A stretch of 64,000 nucleotides of DNA from assembly GCA_050251495.1 (NCBI GenBank), contig JBFWMQ010000007.1, positions 8,214 through 72,213 on the forward strand, in the 5' to 3' direction. The stretch comes from Desulfovibrio sp. (GTDB taxonomy: Bacteria > Desulfobacterota > Desulfovibrionia > Desulfovibrionales > Desulfovibrionaceae). Made by a program: the position numbers and the translations under genes. The notes below the pieces were generated by a model, which was not told the origin of the DNA, made no database searches, and was given only the letters and a program-made list of their open reading frames with translations. Shown in pieces: positions 35,421 through 45,200 of the stretch (the first letter of the stretch is position 1; each line of letters starts with the position of its first letter).

Positions 35421-37457
35421 ATGTGCGGCATTGCGGGCATTTTCGATCCAAGCGGGGGGCAGGCTCCGGGGGAACTGGCGGCGACCGCCGGGCGCATGGC
35501 CGATGTCCAGGCCCATCGCGGCCCGGACGGGCGCGGCGTCTGGGCCGACCCCGACGGCGGGCTCGCCCTGGGGCACCGGCGCCTGGCGGTGCTGGACCTT
35601 TCCAAGGCCGGGGCGCAGCCCATGCTGAGCCATTGTGGCCGCTATGCCCTGTGCCTGAACGGCGAAATCTACAACCACGCCGATCTGCGCGCCCAGATCG
35701 AGGCGGCGCGCGCCTATTCCGGCCGCCCGGCCATCGCTTGGCGCGGCCGCAGCGACACCGAGGTCCTGCTGGAGGCCCTGGCCCTGTGGGGCGCGGAGGA
35801 GGCCCTCAAACGCTCGGTGGGCATGTTCGCCCTGGCCCTGTGGGACCGCCGCGAACGGACCCTGACCCTGGGGCGCGACCGCCTGGGCGAGAAGCCCCTG
35901 TGCTATGCGCGCAGCCGGGGCCGCCTGCTCTTCGCCTCGGAGCTGCCGGGACTGACCGCCGGCACGGACTTCTGCCCCGGCGTGGACAAGAACGCCCTGG
36001 CGCTGTTCCTGCGCCTGTCCTGCCTGCCCGCGCCGCATTCGATCCTGTCCGGCGTCCGCAAGCTCCCGGCGGGCTGCCTGCTGACCCTTGGCGCGTCCGA
36101 CCTCTCCGCCGCCAGTTCCACCAGCGAACTGCCCAAGCCCCGGCCCTACTGGTCGCTCAAGTCCGTGGCCGAGGCGGGCCTGGCCCTGCCCTTTGCCGGA
36201 ACCGACGCCGAGGCCCTGGAACGGCTGCTGGGCCTGTTGCGCCAGAGCGTGCGCGGCCAGATGCTGGCCGACGTGCCCGTGGGCGCGCTCCTGTCCGGCG
36301 GCGTGGATTCTTCCCTGGTCACCGCGCTCATGGCCGAGGCGGCGGCTTCGCTGGGGGCCGAGCCCGTGCGCACCTTCACCATCGGCTATGCGGACGGCGA
36401 CGGCGCGGCTTATGACGAGTCCGTGCAGGCCCAGGCCGTGGCGCACCACCTGGGCACGCGGCACACCACGCTTGTGTTCCAACCGCAGGACGCCCTGAAC
36501 TTGGCCACGCGGCTCTCGCAGGTGGCGGGCGAGCCCTTTGCCGACGCCTCGCTCTTGCCCTCGCGCCTGGTGGCCGGACTGGCGCGGCGGCAGGTCACGG
36601 TCTGCCTGACCGGCGACGGAGGCGACGAAATCTTCGCCGGGTACAACCGGCACGTGCAGGGCGCGGCCCTGTGGGCGCAGCTGGCCGGGGTCTCGCCCGG
36701 CCTGCGCACCGCGGCGGCCGGGGCCTTGCAAAGCCTCTCGCCCCGCGCCTGGGACCGGCTCTTCGCCCTGGTGAACCCGCTGCTGCCGGAGAGCGCGCGC
36801 CAGCGCCTGCCGGGCGAGAAGCTGCACAAGCTGGCCCTGGCCCTGCCCGTGCGCGTGGCCCCGGCCTACTACTCGGCCCTCGTCTCGGCCTGGCCCGACC
36901 CCGGCCAACTGGTGCCCGGCGCGTCCGAGCCGCCCTGGGCGCTGCGCCAGCCCGGCGGCTGGCCTTCCCCATCCCTGTGCCCGGAGGGCGGCACGGCCTG
37001 GATGCAGTTCCTGGACTCGTCCTGGTATTTGCCGGAGGACATCCTGACCAAGGTGGACCGGGCGTCCATGAGCGTCGGGCTGGAGGCGCGCGCGCCCTAT
37101 CTGGACCACCGCGTGGCCGAGTTCGCCTGGAGCCTGCCCCCGGAGATGCGCGTGCGCGCGGGCCACGGCAAGTGGGCCTTGCGCGCCCTCTTGGAGCGCT
37201 ATGTCCCCCGCGCCCTGTGGGAACGCCCCAAGACGGGCTTCGGCGTGCCGCTGGACGCCTGGCTGCGCGGACCGCTCAAAGGCTGGGCCGAGGCCCTGCT
37301 GGACCCGGAGCGCCTGGCCTGCGAGGGCTATTTCGAGCCCGCGCCCGTGGCCAAAGCCTGGGCCGAACACCAATCCGGCCGCTACAACCGCCAATACCGC
37401 CTCTGGCCCGTGCTGATGTTCCAGTCCTGGCTGGAAAGCGCGGGCATTTCAGGATAG
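35421..37457 (+). CDS. asnB: Asparagine synthase-like glutamine amidotransferase (glycan amidation)
   Basis: MCGIAG, HRGPD, GHRRL, NGEIYN, RDRLGEKPL, LSGGVDSS, TGDGGDE and R.K.GF; heads a polysaccharide operon. Confidence 0.92.
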   Translation: MCGIAGIFDPSGGQAPGELAATAGRMADVQAHRGPDGRGVWADPDGGLALGHRRLAVLDLSKAGAQPMLSHCGRYALCLNGEIYNHADLRAQIEAARAYSGRPAIAWRGRSDTEVLLEALALWGAEEALKRSVGMFALALWDRRERTLTLGRDRLGEKPLCYARSRGRLLFASELPGLTAGTDFCPGVDKNALALFLRLSCLPAPHSILSGVRKLPAGCLLTLGASDLSAASSTSELPKPRPYWSLKSVAEAGLALPFAGTDAEALERLLGLLRQSVRGQMLADVPVGALLSGGVDSSLVTALMAEAAASLGAEPVRTFTIGYADGDGAAYDESVQAQAVAHHLGTRHTTLVFQPQDALNLATRLSQVAGEPFADASLLPSRLVAGLARRQVTVCLTGDGGDEIFAGYNRHVQGAALWAQLAGVSPGLRTAAAGALQSLSPRAWDRLFALVNPLLPESARQRLPGEKLHKLALALPVRVAPAYYSALVSAWPDPGQLVPGASEPPWALRQPGGWPSPSLCPEGGTAWMQFLDSSWYLPEDILTKVDRASMSVGLEARAPYLDHRVAEFAWSLPPEMRVRAGHGKWALRALLERYVPRALWERPKTGFGVPLDAWLRGPLKGWAEALLDPERLACEGYFEPAPVAKAWAEHQSGRYNRQYRLWPVLMFQSWLESAGISG

Positions 37458-37466
37458 AGGGTCGCC

Positions 37467-38690
37467 ATGCGCATTGCTGTCATCGCCGGTCACGCCCCGT
37501 CCCTGGTGAACTTCCGGGGGCCGCTCCTCGCCGCCCTGCTGGCGCGCGGGCACGAGGTCCTCGCCCTGGCCCCGCCGGAGCGCGGCGGCGGCGCGGCCAC
37601 CGAGGCCGCCCTGCGCAAACTCGGGGTCACGCTGCTGCGCTACCCGCTGGATCGCGGCGGCATGAACCCCTGCCGCGACCTGCGCACCCTGCTCGCCCTG
37701 CGCAACCATTTCCTGGCCCTCAAGCCGGACCTGGTCCTGCCCTACACCATCAAGCCCGTGATCTACGGCTCCCTGGCCGCGCGCTGGGCGGGCGTTCCCC
37801 GCGTGGCCTCGCTCATCACCGGCCTGGGCTACGGCTTCGGCGGCCTGCCCAACGGAACCGGCGAAGGGAGCGACGGCCCGCTCAGCCAGCCGCAGACCGT
37901 GGCCCGCCGCTGCCTGACCGAGCTGGTGGCGCGCCTGTACGCCAAGGCGCTGGAGCAGAACCGCGCCGTCATCTTCCAGAACCCGGACGACCGCGACCTG
38001 TTCCAGCGTCTGGAAATCATCACTCCGGGCCAGCGCGTGGCCGTGGTGGGCGGCAGCGGCGTGGACCTGGAGCATTTCGCCCCCGCGCCCCCGCTTGCGG
38101 CCGAGGCCGACGCGCCGGTGTTCACCTGCGTGGCGCGGCTGTTGTGGGCCAAGGGCGTGGGCGTGTTCGTGGAGGCCTGCCGGATGCTCAAAAAACGCCA
38201 CCCGCGCGTGACCTGCCGGCTCATCGGCCCGGCGGACGACGTGCCCGACGCCGTGGCGCCGGAGATGCTGCGCCGCTGGCGCGAGGACCGCGTGGTGGAG
38301 ATCCTGGACCCCGTGGACGACATCCGGCCCGTGCTGGCCCAGACCAGCGTGTTCGTGCTGCCGAGCTACCGGGAGGGAACGCCGCGCTCCAGCCTGGAGG
38401 CCATGTCCATGGCCCGGCCCGTCATCACCACGGACGTGCCCGGCTGCCGACAAACCGTGGAGGACGGCGTCACCGGCTCCCTCGTGCCGCCCTTTGAGCC
38501 CGGCGCGCTCATGCGGGCCATGGAGCGCTATCTGCTCGAACCGGAACTCATCGCCCAGCAGGGCGCGGCCGCGCGCAGACTGGCCGAGGAGCGCTTCGAC
38601 GTCCGCCGCGTGGTGGCCGATATGCTCGCCGCGCTGCCCCTGCCGGAAAACGCGCCAATTCCCCAAGCGCCGCACGGGGAGCCCCGGTGA
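37467..38690 (+). CDS. Glycosyltransferase family 4 (PglA / WbpU-like)
   Basis: SLVNFRGPL, YTIKPVIYG, GSGVDL, ARLLWAKG and PSYREGTPRSSLEAM. Confidence 0.9.
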   Translation: MRIAVIAGHAPSLVNFRGPLLAALLARGHEVLALAPPERGGGAATEAALRKLGVTLLRYPLDRGGMNPCRDLRTLLALRNHFLALKPDLVLPYTIKPVIYGSLAARWAGVPRVASLITGLGYGFGGLPNGTGEGSDGPLSQPQTVARRCLTELVARLYAKALEQNRAVIFQNPDDRDLFQRLEIITPGQRVAVVGGSGVDLEHFAPAPPLAAEADAPVFTCVARLLWAKGVGVFVEACRMLKKRHPRVTCRLIGPADDVPDAVAPEMLRRWREDRVVEILDPVDDIRPVLAQTSVFVLPSYREGTPRSSLEAMSMARPVITTDVPGCRQTVEDGVTGSLVPPFEPGALMRAMERYLLEPELIAQQGAAARRLAEERFDVRRVVADMLAALPLPENAPIPQAPHGEPR

Positions 38691-39295
38691 CGGCCAAGCG
38701 GCTGCTCGACCTGGCCCTGGTCCTGCCAGGACTGGCGCTGGCTGCCCCGCTCCTGCTTCTCCTCGCCTTTTCCGTGCGCCTGGCCCTGGGACCGGGCGTC
38801 ATCTTCCGCCAGCAGCGCCCCGGCCTGCACGGCGAGCCCTTCAACATCCTGAAATTCCGCACCATGCGCCACGGCCCAGGCACGGACGCCGAACGCCTGA
38901 CGCCCTTTGGCCGCTTCTTGCGCAGCACCTCCCTGGACGAACTGCCGGAACTCCTGAACGTGCTCAAGGGCGAGATGAGCCTGGTCGGGCCGCGCCCGCT
39001 TTTGATGCAGTACCTGCCGCGCTACACCCGCGAGCAGGCGCGCCGCCACGAGGTTCCGCCCGGCATCACCGGCTGGGCGCAAATACATGGCCGCAACGCC
39101 CAGAGCTGGGAGGAGCGCTTCACGCTCGACGTCTGGTACGTGGACCACCGCTCCCTCGCCCTCGACCTGCGCATCCTGGCGCGGACCATCGCCCTGGTGC
39201 TGCGGCGGCAGGGCATCAGCGCCCAGGGCCAGGCCACCATGAGCGAGTTCCTGGGCTCCGGCCCGGCTGCGGAAAGCCCGCGCCCCGGCGATTGA
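38687..39295 (+). CDS. Monotopic phosphoglycosyl transferase (PglC-like sugar transferase)
   Basis: KRLLD, FRQQRPG, KFRTM, RSTSLDELP (DE dyad), GEMSLVGPRP and PGITGWAQ. Confidence 0.92.
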   Translation: MTAKRLLDLALVLPGLALAAPLLLLLAFSVRLALGPGVIFRQQRPGLHGEPFNILKFRTMRHGPGTDAERLTPFGRFLRSTSLDELPELLNVLKGEMSLVGPRPLLMQYLPRYTREQARRHEVPPGITGWAQIHGRNAQSWEERFTLDVWYVDHRSLALDLRILARTIALVLRRQGISAQGQATMSEFLGSGPAAESPRPGD

Positions 39296-39374
39296 ACATC
39301 CGGCCCGCTTCTGGTACCCCGGAAGCCGGTTGCCAGACCCGGCCACGCGGCCACGACCCCAACAAGGAAGCACA

Positions 39375-40565
39375 ATGTCCGAGCGTCCCCCTGTCCGCAC
39401 CAAGGAAAATTTCCTCGTCTTCGGTTCGCCAGCGCTTGAGCAGGCCGAGATCGACGAGGTGGTGGCCTGCCTGAAGAGCCGCTGGATCGGCACCGGCCCG
39501 CGCACGGCCCAGTTCGAGCGCGACTTCGCCGCCTACAAGGGTGTTCCCGCCGCCGTGGCCCTGCACTCCTGCACCGCCGCCCTGCACCTGGCCATGGTGG
39601 CCTTGAACCTCAAACCCGGCGACGAGGTCATCACCACCCCGCTCACCTTCTGCGCCACGGTGAACGCCATCCTGCACGCGGGCGGCACCCCGGTGCTGGC
39701 CGACATCGACCCGGCCAGCCTGAACATCGACCCGGAAAAAGTGCGCGAGAAGATCACGCCGCGCACCCGCGCCATCCTGCCCGTGCACTTCGCGGGCCGC
39801 CCCTGCGACATGGACGCCCTGCTGGCCCTCGCCAAGGAGCACAAGCTCGCGGTCATCGAGGACTGCGCCCACGCCATCGAGACGCTCTACCACGGACGCC
39901 ACGCAGGCACGCTCGGCGACTTCGGCTGCTTCAGCTTCTACGTCACCAAGAACATCATCACCGGCGAGGGCGGCATGGTGGTGGCCAAGAATCCGGACGA
40001 CCTGGCGCGCATCAAGGTGCTGGGCCTGCACGGCATGAGCGCCGACGCCTGGAAGCGCTTCGGCGACGAGGGCTACAAGCACTACGCCGTGGTCGAGGCC
40101 GGGTTCAAGTACAACATGATGGACATCCAGGCGGCGCTGGGCATCCACCAGCTGCCGCGCGTGGACGCCTACCACGCGCGCCGCGAGGCCGTTTGGGAGG
40201 CCTACGACACGGCCTTCGCCGGGCTGCCCCAGGGCAAGCGCCTGGGCCTGCCCGCGCCCCAGGAGCCGGGCACCCTGCACGCCCGGCACCTGTATACCGT
40301 CCTCGTGGACAAGGAAGCCTGCGGCATCGAACGCGACGACTTCCTCATGGCCATGACCAAGCAGGGCATCGGCGTGGGCGTGCACTACCTGTCCCTGCCG
40401 GAGCACCCCTACTATCAGGAGCGCCTGGGCTGGACGCCCGCGCAGTACCCCGAGGCAGCGCGCATCGGCCGACAGGTCGTCAGCCTGCCCATCTCCGCCC
40501 GGCTGGAGGAGCAGGACGTCTCCGACGTCATAACCGCGGTGAAGCGCGTACTGGAGGTGGAATAG
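39375..40565 (+). CDS. DegT/DnrJ family sugar aminotransferase
   Basis: LPVHFAG, IEDCAHA, FSFYVTKNIITGEGGM and GFKYNMMD; start MSERPP. Confidence 0.92.
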   Translation: MSERPPVRTKENFLVFGSPALEQAEIDEVVACLKSRWIGTGPRTAQFERDFAAYKGVPAAVALHSCTAALHLAMVALNLKPGDEVITTPLTFCATVNAILHAGGTPVLADIDPASLNIDPEKVREKITPRTRAILPVHFAGRPCDMDALLALAKEHKLAVIEDCAHAIETLYHGRHAGTLGDFGCFSFYVTKNIITGEGGMVVAKNPDDLARIKVLGLHGMSADAWKRFGDEGYKHYAVVEAGFKYNMMDIQAALGIHQLPRVDAYHARREAVWEAYDTAFAGLPQGKRLGLPAPQEPGTLHARHLYTVLVDKEACGIERDDFLMAMTKQGIGVGVHYLSLPEHPYYQERLGWTPAQYPEAARIGRQVVSLPISARLEEQDVSDVITAVKRVLEVE

Positions 40566-41347
40566 TGAACGTTCAGCATCACGAAGCAAAGTTCAGCGGC
40601 TGGGCCTTGGCGGCTCGGCAGTTTCTGCTGGCCGCCGCGCTGGTCATCCTTTCCGCAACCGGGCTGTTCGCAGCGCAGGCCGCTCCGGCCAAGCAGCCTG
40701 CGCCGCCGCAGTACACGGCGCAGCAGAAGGTGTTCATGACGAGCCTGGACAGGCTGATCGCGGAGCAGAACTATCCGCAGTTCATACAAGCCATCACCAG
40801 TGTCGACAATGACGAGTTGTTGAACGCCGCCTTTGACTGGTGCAAGACGCGCACCCTCGACGGGGCCGGCATCGTGGTGCCCGCCACATACTCCACTCTC
40901 TTGTGGGCCGTGGCGGAAGGGGACCCAAGCGACGAGGTCCTGCGGAACACCTCGTCCCTCATGGCCATGTACTCTGTCCTCGTCGTGGCCGCCGATGGCC
41001 CCAAGTGCGCCGACCCAACCGCGCCGGAACGTCACATGAACAACCTGCTGCAGCAATACCAGCGCCAATTCGACGAGATATCCAAGCTCCCCGCCGACCA
41101 GAAGCGCCAAGCCATCGAGATGGCAATCGGGCTTGAGAGGCGGCTTGCCCCCCAACGCAAAAACGACAAGTACCTCTGCCGCTTCGGCGCGCAAGAGCAA
41201 GCGGACAAGCAGACCAGCGCGCGCACCGACATGGACTACACGCCGAAGTTCCGCCCGCGCGAGCAATGGGAGCCGGAGCAGACCGCCAAGCGGGCCGTGT
41301 TCTACGATTTCCTCAACACCCTGTTCAAGACCGTTCCGGCAAAGTAG
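40565..41347 (+). CDS. Hypothetical exported protein inside the glycan cluster
   Basis: GTG start overlapping the upstream TAG; signal peptide LLAAALVILSATGLFA-AQA; motifs DGPKCADPTAP and DKYLCRFG. Confidence 0.7.
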   Translation: MNVQHHEAKFSGWALAARQFLLAAALVILSATGLFAAQAAPAKQPAPPQYTAQQKVFMTSLDRLIAEQNYPQFIQAITSVDNDELLNAAFDWCKTRTLDGAGIVVPATYSTLLWAVAEGDPSDEVLRNTSSLMAMYSVLVVAADGPKCADPTAPERHMNNLLQQYQRQFDEISKLPADQKRQAIEMAIGLERRLAPQRKNDKYLCRFGAQEQADKQTSARTDMDYTPKFRPREQWEPEQTAKRAVFYDFLNTLFKTVPAK

Positions 41348-41419
41348 CCCCAGGGCGGAAACGGCGACGGAACTGAAGCAGGCGAACCCCAACGCGGCGG
41401 ACATCCGCCGGAGGCAGCA

Positions 41420-42046
41420 ATGAAGATCGTGGTCATGGGCGCAAGCGGACACGGACAGGTGGTGGCGGACATCCTCTTCCAAATGTGGGCCAAGGGCCGG
41501 GAGATGGAGTTGGTGGGCTTTCTCGACGACGACCAGAAGCTCACGGGCACGCGCATTCTGGGCCTGCCCGTGCTGGGCAGGCTGGCCGACCTGCCCTCCG
41601 TCCCGCATGACTGCGTCATCCTGGGCATCGGCGACAACGCCGACCGCGCCCGCGTCTACGCCGAACTGCTCCAGGCCCGCAAGCGCTTCGCCACGGCCAT
41701 CCACCCCTCGGCCATCCTGGCCCCGGACGTCATCGTGGGCGCGGGCGCGGCCCTGGCCGCAGGGACAATCGCCAACCCCGGCGCGCGCATCGGCGAAAAC
41801 GCCATCCTGAACACCGCTTCCAGCATCGACCACCATTGTGTGCTTGGCGCGCACTCCCATGTTGCGCCAGGGGCGCATCTGGCAGGGCGCGTGAGCGTGG
41901 GCGAGGGCGCGTTCATCGGCATCGGCGCCTGCGCCGTGCAGTGCGTGCGGATCGGCGCGTGGAGCGTGGTGGGAGCCGGGGCCGCCGTGACCCGGGACGT
42001 GCCCGAGCGCGCAACCGTGGGCGGCGTGCCCGCAAAGCCGCTGTAA
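41420..42046 (+). CDS. Hexapeptide-repeat sugar N-acetyltransferase (PglD / NeuD-like)
   Basis: GASGHGQVV, GFLDD, IGDNADR, AIHPSA, NTASSIDHH and GVPAK. Confidence 0.9.
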   Translation: MKIVVMGASGHGQVVADILFQMWAKGREMELVGFLDDDQKLTGTRILGLPVLGRLADLPSVPHDCVILGIGDNADRARVYAELLQARKRFATAIHPSAILAPDVIVGAGAALAAGTIANPGARIGENAILNTASSIDHHCVLGAHSHVAPGAHLAGRVSVGEGAFIGIGACAVQCVRIGAWSVVGAGAAVTRDVPERATVGGVPAKPL

Positions 42047-42050
42047 GCCC

Positions 42051-43232
42051 ATGAAGCGCCCCGGACCGCCCCGCCTGTTCCTTTCCCCGCCGCACCTGGG
42101 CGGCAGCGAGCAGGCGCGCGTGGCCGAGGCCTTTGCCAGCAACTACATCGCGCCCCTCGGCCCGCAGGTGGACGCCTTTGAGGCGGCCTTCGCCGAGCTG
42201 ACGGGCATCCCGCATTGCCTGGCCGTTTCCAGCGGCACGGCGGCCATGCATCTGGCCCTGCGCTGCCTGGGGGTCGGCCCCGGCGATCTGGTGCTGGGCG
42301 CAAGCCTCACCTTCATCGGCTCCGTGAGCCCGGCCCGCTTCCTGGGGGCCGAAGTCGCCTTTGTGGACAGCGCGCCCGGCAGTTGGAACATGGACCCGGA
42401 ACTGCTGCGCGACGCTTTGACGCGGCTGGCCTCGGAAGGCCGCAGGGTCAAGGCCGTGATCCCGACCGACCTGTACGGCCAGTGCGCGGAGTACCAGCGC
42501 TTGCTGGACGTGTGCGCGCCGTTCGGTGTGCCAATCGTGGCCGACTGCGCCGAGAGCATGGGCGCGCGCGCCGACGTTCCAGGCGAGGACGACCCGCTGC
42601 ACGCCGGGGCCTGGCCGGGCCTGGCCGCCAGCGTCTTCTCCTTCAACGGCAACAAGATCATCACGACCTCCGGGGGCGGGATGCTGGCCTCGCGCGATGC
42701 GGACCACATCGCCCATGCGCGCAAGCTCTCGCAGCAGGCGCGCGAGCACGCACCGCACTACGAGCACGCGGAGCTGGGCTACAACTACCGCCTGAGCAAC
42801 ATCCTGGCGGCCATCGGCCTGGGCCAGTTGGAGTGGCTGGAGGCCCGCGTGGCCCAGAAGCGGCGCATCTTCCGCTGGTACAAGGAGCTGCTGGGCCAGA
42901 CGCCCGGCCTGTCCTTCATGCCCGAGGCGGCCTCGGGCCGGGCCAACCGCTGGCTCACGGTGCTCCAACTGGACGAAGGGCAATTCGGCGCAACGCCCGA
43001 AGCCGTGCGCCAGGCCCTGGAGGCCGAAAACATCGAGGCCCGGCCCGTGTGGAAGCCCATGCACCTGCAGCCAGTGTTCGCTGGCTGCCGCATGTTCGGC
43101 GGCGCGGTATCCGAGGCGCTCTTCGCGCGCGGCCTTTGCCTGCCCTCGGGCACGGCCATGACCTTTGCCGACGCCGAGCGCGTGGCGGGCATCGTCCTCC
43201 GGGCGGGGAAGCAGCGCGGGAAGCGGGCGTGA
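42051..43232 (+). CDS. DegT family aminotransferase (PglE / EpsN-like)
   Basis: FLSPPH, NYIAPLGP, FSFNGNKIITTSGGGM, QARE..PHYEH.ELGYNYRLSN and RPVWKPMHLQP. Confidence 0.9.
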   Translation: MKRPGPPRLFLSPPHLGGSEQARVAEAFASNYIAPLGPQVDAFEAAFAELTGIPHCLAVSSGTAAMHLALRCLGVGPGDLVLGASLTFIGSVSPARFLGAEVAFVDSAPGSWNMDPELLRDALTRLASEGRRVKAVIPTDLYGQCAEYQRLLDVCAPFGVPIVADCAESMGARADVPGEDDPLHAGAWPGLAASVFSFNGNKIITTSGGGMLASRDADHIAHARKLSQQAREHAPHYEHAELGYNYRLSNILAAIGLGQLEWLEARVAQKRRIFRWYKELLGQTPGLSFMPEAASGRANRWLTVLQLDEGQFGATPEAVRQALEAENIEARPVWKPMHLQPVFAGCRMFGGAVSEALFARGLCLPSGTAMTFADAERVAGIVLRAGKQRGKRA

Positions 43233-45082
43233 TGCTCTGCAACCTGAAGAACCGCCACTTCTATCTCATGCTTGCGGCCGAGGCCGCCTGCTTCGCCCTG
43301 GCCATGAGCGCAAGCTATCTGCTGCGCTTCGACTTCAGGGTGCCCGCCGCCTACGCAACGCAGCTGGCCGCCATGCTCGTCATCGCCCTGCCGCTGAAGC
43401 TCGGCGTGTTCCTGGGCCTGGGCCTGTACCGGGGCATGTGGCGCTACACCAGCCTGACGGACTTCCGCCGCCTGTGCGAGGCCGTGCTCCTGTCCTCCGC
43501 CCTGCTGGTGGCCGTTGTGGCCTTCCGGTACGGCTTCGCCGGGTTCTCGCGCGCGGTGCTGCTCCTGGACGCGATGCTCACCCTGCTCTTGACCGCTGGC
43601 CTGCGCCTGGGCATCCGCGTGGGGTTCGCCAAGAGCCAGCTTCGCGCCAACCACACCCCGCAGGGCCCGGCCCGGCGCGTCCTGGTCCTGGGCGCGGGAG
43701 GGCTGGGCGAGCGCCTGCTGCGCGAGATCGCGCAGAATCCGGCCCTGCACTTCGACGTCATCGGCTTTCTGGATGACGACCCGGACAAGCTGGGCCGCAC
43801 CCTGCATGGCCGCGAGGTGCTGGGGGGCATCGACGACTGCGCGCGGCTTGCCCGCAGGCACCGGGCCGAGGAATTGCTCATCGCCGTCAGCCACGCCAGC
43901 TCGGCACAGATGCGCCGCATGGTCGAAGCCTGCAAAACAAGCGGCCTGCCGCACCGCATCCTGCCAGCCACGAGCCGCCTGCTGGACGGCCACGACGTGC
44001 TCAGCCCGCGCCCGGTGGACTATCAGGATCTTCTGGGCCGGGGCGAAGTGGCCCTGGACCAGGACGGGCTCGCGGCCATCCTGACCGGGCGCGTTGTGCT
44101 GGCGACCGGCTGCGGCGGGTCCATCGGCTCGGAGCTGTGCAGGCAGGTGGCGCGCTTCAAGCCCCGGCGGCTGGTGCTGCTGGACGCCAGCGAATACAAT
44201 CTTTACGCCATCGCCGGGGAACTGGCCGAGGCCGGTTTATCCGCGTTTACCTGCGTGCTGGGCAGCGTGGCCGACGCGGCCCTCATGGAACGCGTGTTCG
44301 CGGAACACAAACCTTCGCTGGTGCTGCACGCGGCGGCCTACAAGCACGTGCCCATGCTGGAGGACAACCCCTGGGCCGCGGTGACGAACAACATCCTGGG
44401 CACGCGCACGCTCATGGCCGCGGCGGTGGCGCACGAGGTGGAGCGCTTCGTCATCGTCTCCACGGACAAGGCCGTGAACCCGTCGAGCGTCATGGGCGCG
44501 AGCAAGCGCGTCACCGAGCGGCTCATGGCCAGCTTCGCGGGCGGGCCGACGCGGTTTTCCGCCGTGCGCTTCGGCAACGTTGTGGGCTCGTCGGGCTCGG
44601 TGGTGCCCTTGTTCCGGCGGCAAATCGAGGCGGGCGGGCCGGTGACCGTGACGCACCCGGACATGACGCGCTACTTCATGAGCACCAGCGAGGCCTGCCA
44701 GCTCATTCTGCAGGCGGCGGCCATGCAGCACGCGGAGAACAATGGCGGCGGCATCTTCGTGCTCAAGATGGGCGAGCCGGTGCGCATCGTGGACCTGGCG
44801 CGCGACCTGATCCGGCTGTCCGGCCGGGAGCCGGGCGATGTGGACATCGTGTTCACGGGCCTGCGCCCGGGCGAGAAGCTCTCCGAGGAGCTCATGGGCG
44901 CGGGCGAGGACGTGGTGCCCACCGGACACGAGAAGATCATGGTGCTGCGCGCGCGCGGCGGCGATGCCGGTCCTGACGAGGCGCTGCTGCTCGACCTGGA
45001 GGAGGCGGCCAAGGCGCGGGACGCGGCGGCCATCCGTACGCTTCTGCGCCGTCTGGTGCCGGAATACACGCCAGCAGACTGA
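43232..45082 (+). CDS. UDP-GlcNAc 4,6-dehydratase (PglF / CapD / WbpM family)
   Basis: Four N-terminal TMs; TGCGGSIGSEL, HAAAYKHVP, STDKAVNP..VMGASKR, RFGNVVGSSGSVVP and GLRPGEKL. ATG overlaps the upstream TGA. Confidence 0.93.
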   Translation: MLCNLKNRHFYLMLAAEAACFALAMSASYLLRFDFRVPAAYATQLAAMLVIALPLKLGVFLGLGLYRGMWRYTSLTDFRRLCEAVLLSSALLVAVVAFRYGFAGFSRAVLLLDAMLTLLLTAGLRLGIRVGFAKSQLRANHTPQGPARRVLVLGAGGLGERLLREIAQNPALHFDVIGFLDDDPDKLGRTLHGREVLGGIDDCARLARRHRAEELLIAVSHASSAQMRRMVEACKTSGLPHRILPATSRLLDGHDVLSPRPVDYQDLLGRGEVALDQDGLAAILTGRVVLATGCGGSIGSELCRQVARFKPRRLVLLDASEYNLYAIAGELAEAGLSAFTCVLGSVADAALMERVFAEHKPSLVLHAAAYKHVPMLEDNPWAAVTNNILGTRTLMAAAVAHEVERFVIVSTDKAVNPSSVMGASKRVTERLMASFAGGPTRFSAVRFGNVVGSSGSVVPLFRRQIEAGGPVTVTHPDMTRYFMSTSEACQLILQAAAMQHAENNGGGIFVLKMGEPVRIVDLARDLIRLSGREPGDVDIVFTGLRPGEKLSEELMGAGEDVVPTGHEKIMVLRARGGDAGPDEALLLDLEEAAKARDAAAIRTLLRRLVPEYTPAD

Positions 45083-45114
45083 GCACGCTTCAAACCCTGG
45101 CCGCACCTGAAATG

Positions 45115-45156
45115 AAAGCGTCCTGTCCGGCGATTTCGCCGGACAGGACGCTTTTT
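45115..45156. terminator. Strong bidirectional intrinsic terminator
   Basis: Perfect 18-bp stem AAAGCGTCCTGTCCGGCG / CGCCGGACAGGACGCTTT with an ATTT loop, between convergent genes. Confidence 0.85.
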
Positions 45157-45200
45157 GCTTCTTGTGGAGAGCCCGAGGGCCGCCGCCCCCGCTCTTCTCT

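Noticed and set aside
42215-43231. N-terminal extension making a 955-aa PglF
   Set aside because: It overlaps the PglE-like gene in another frame; the real start is the ATG at 43232 coupled to the upstream stop.
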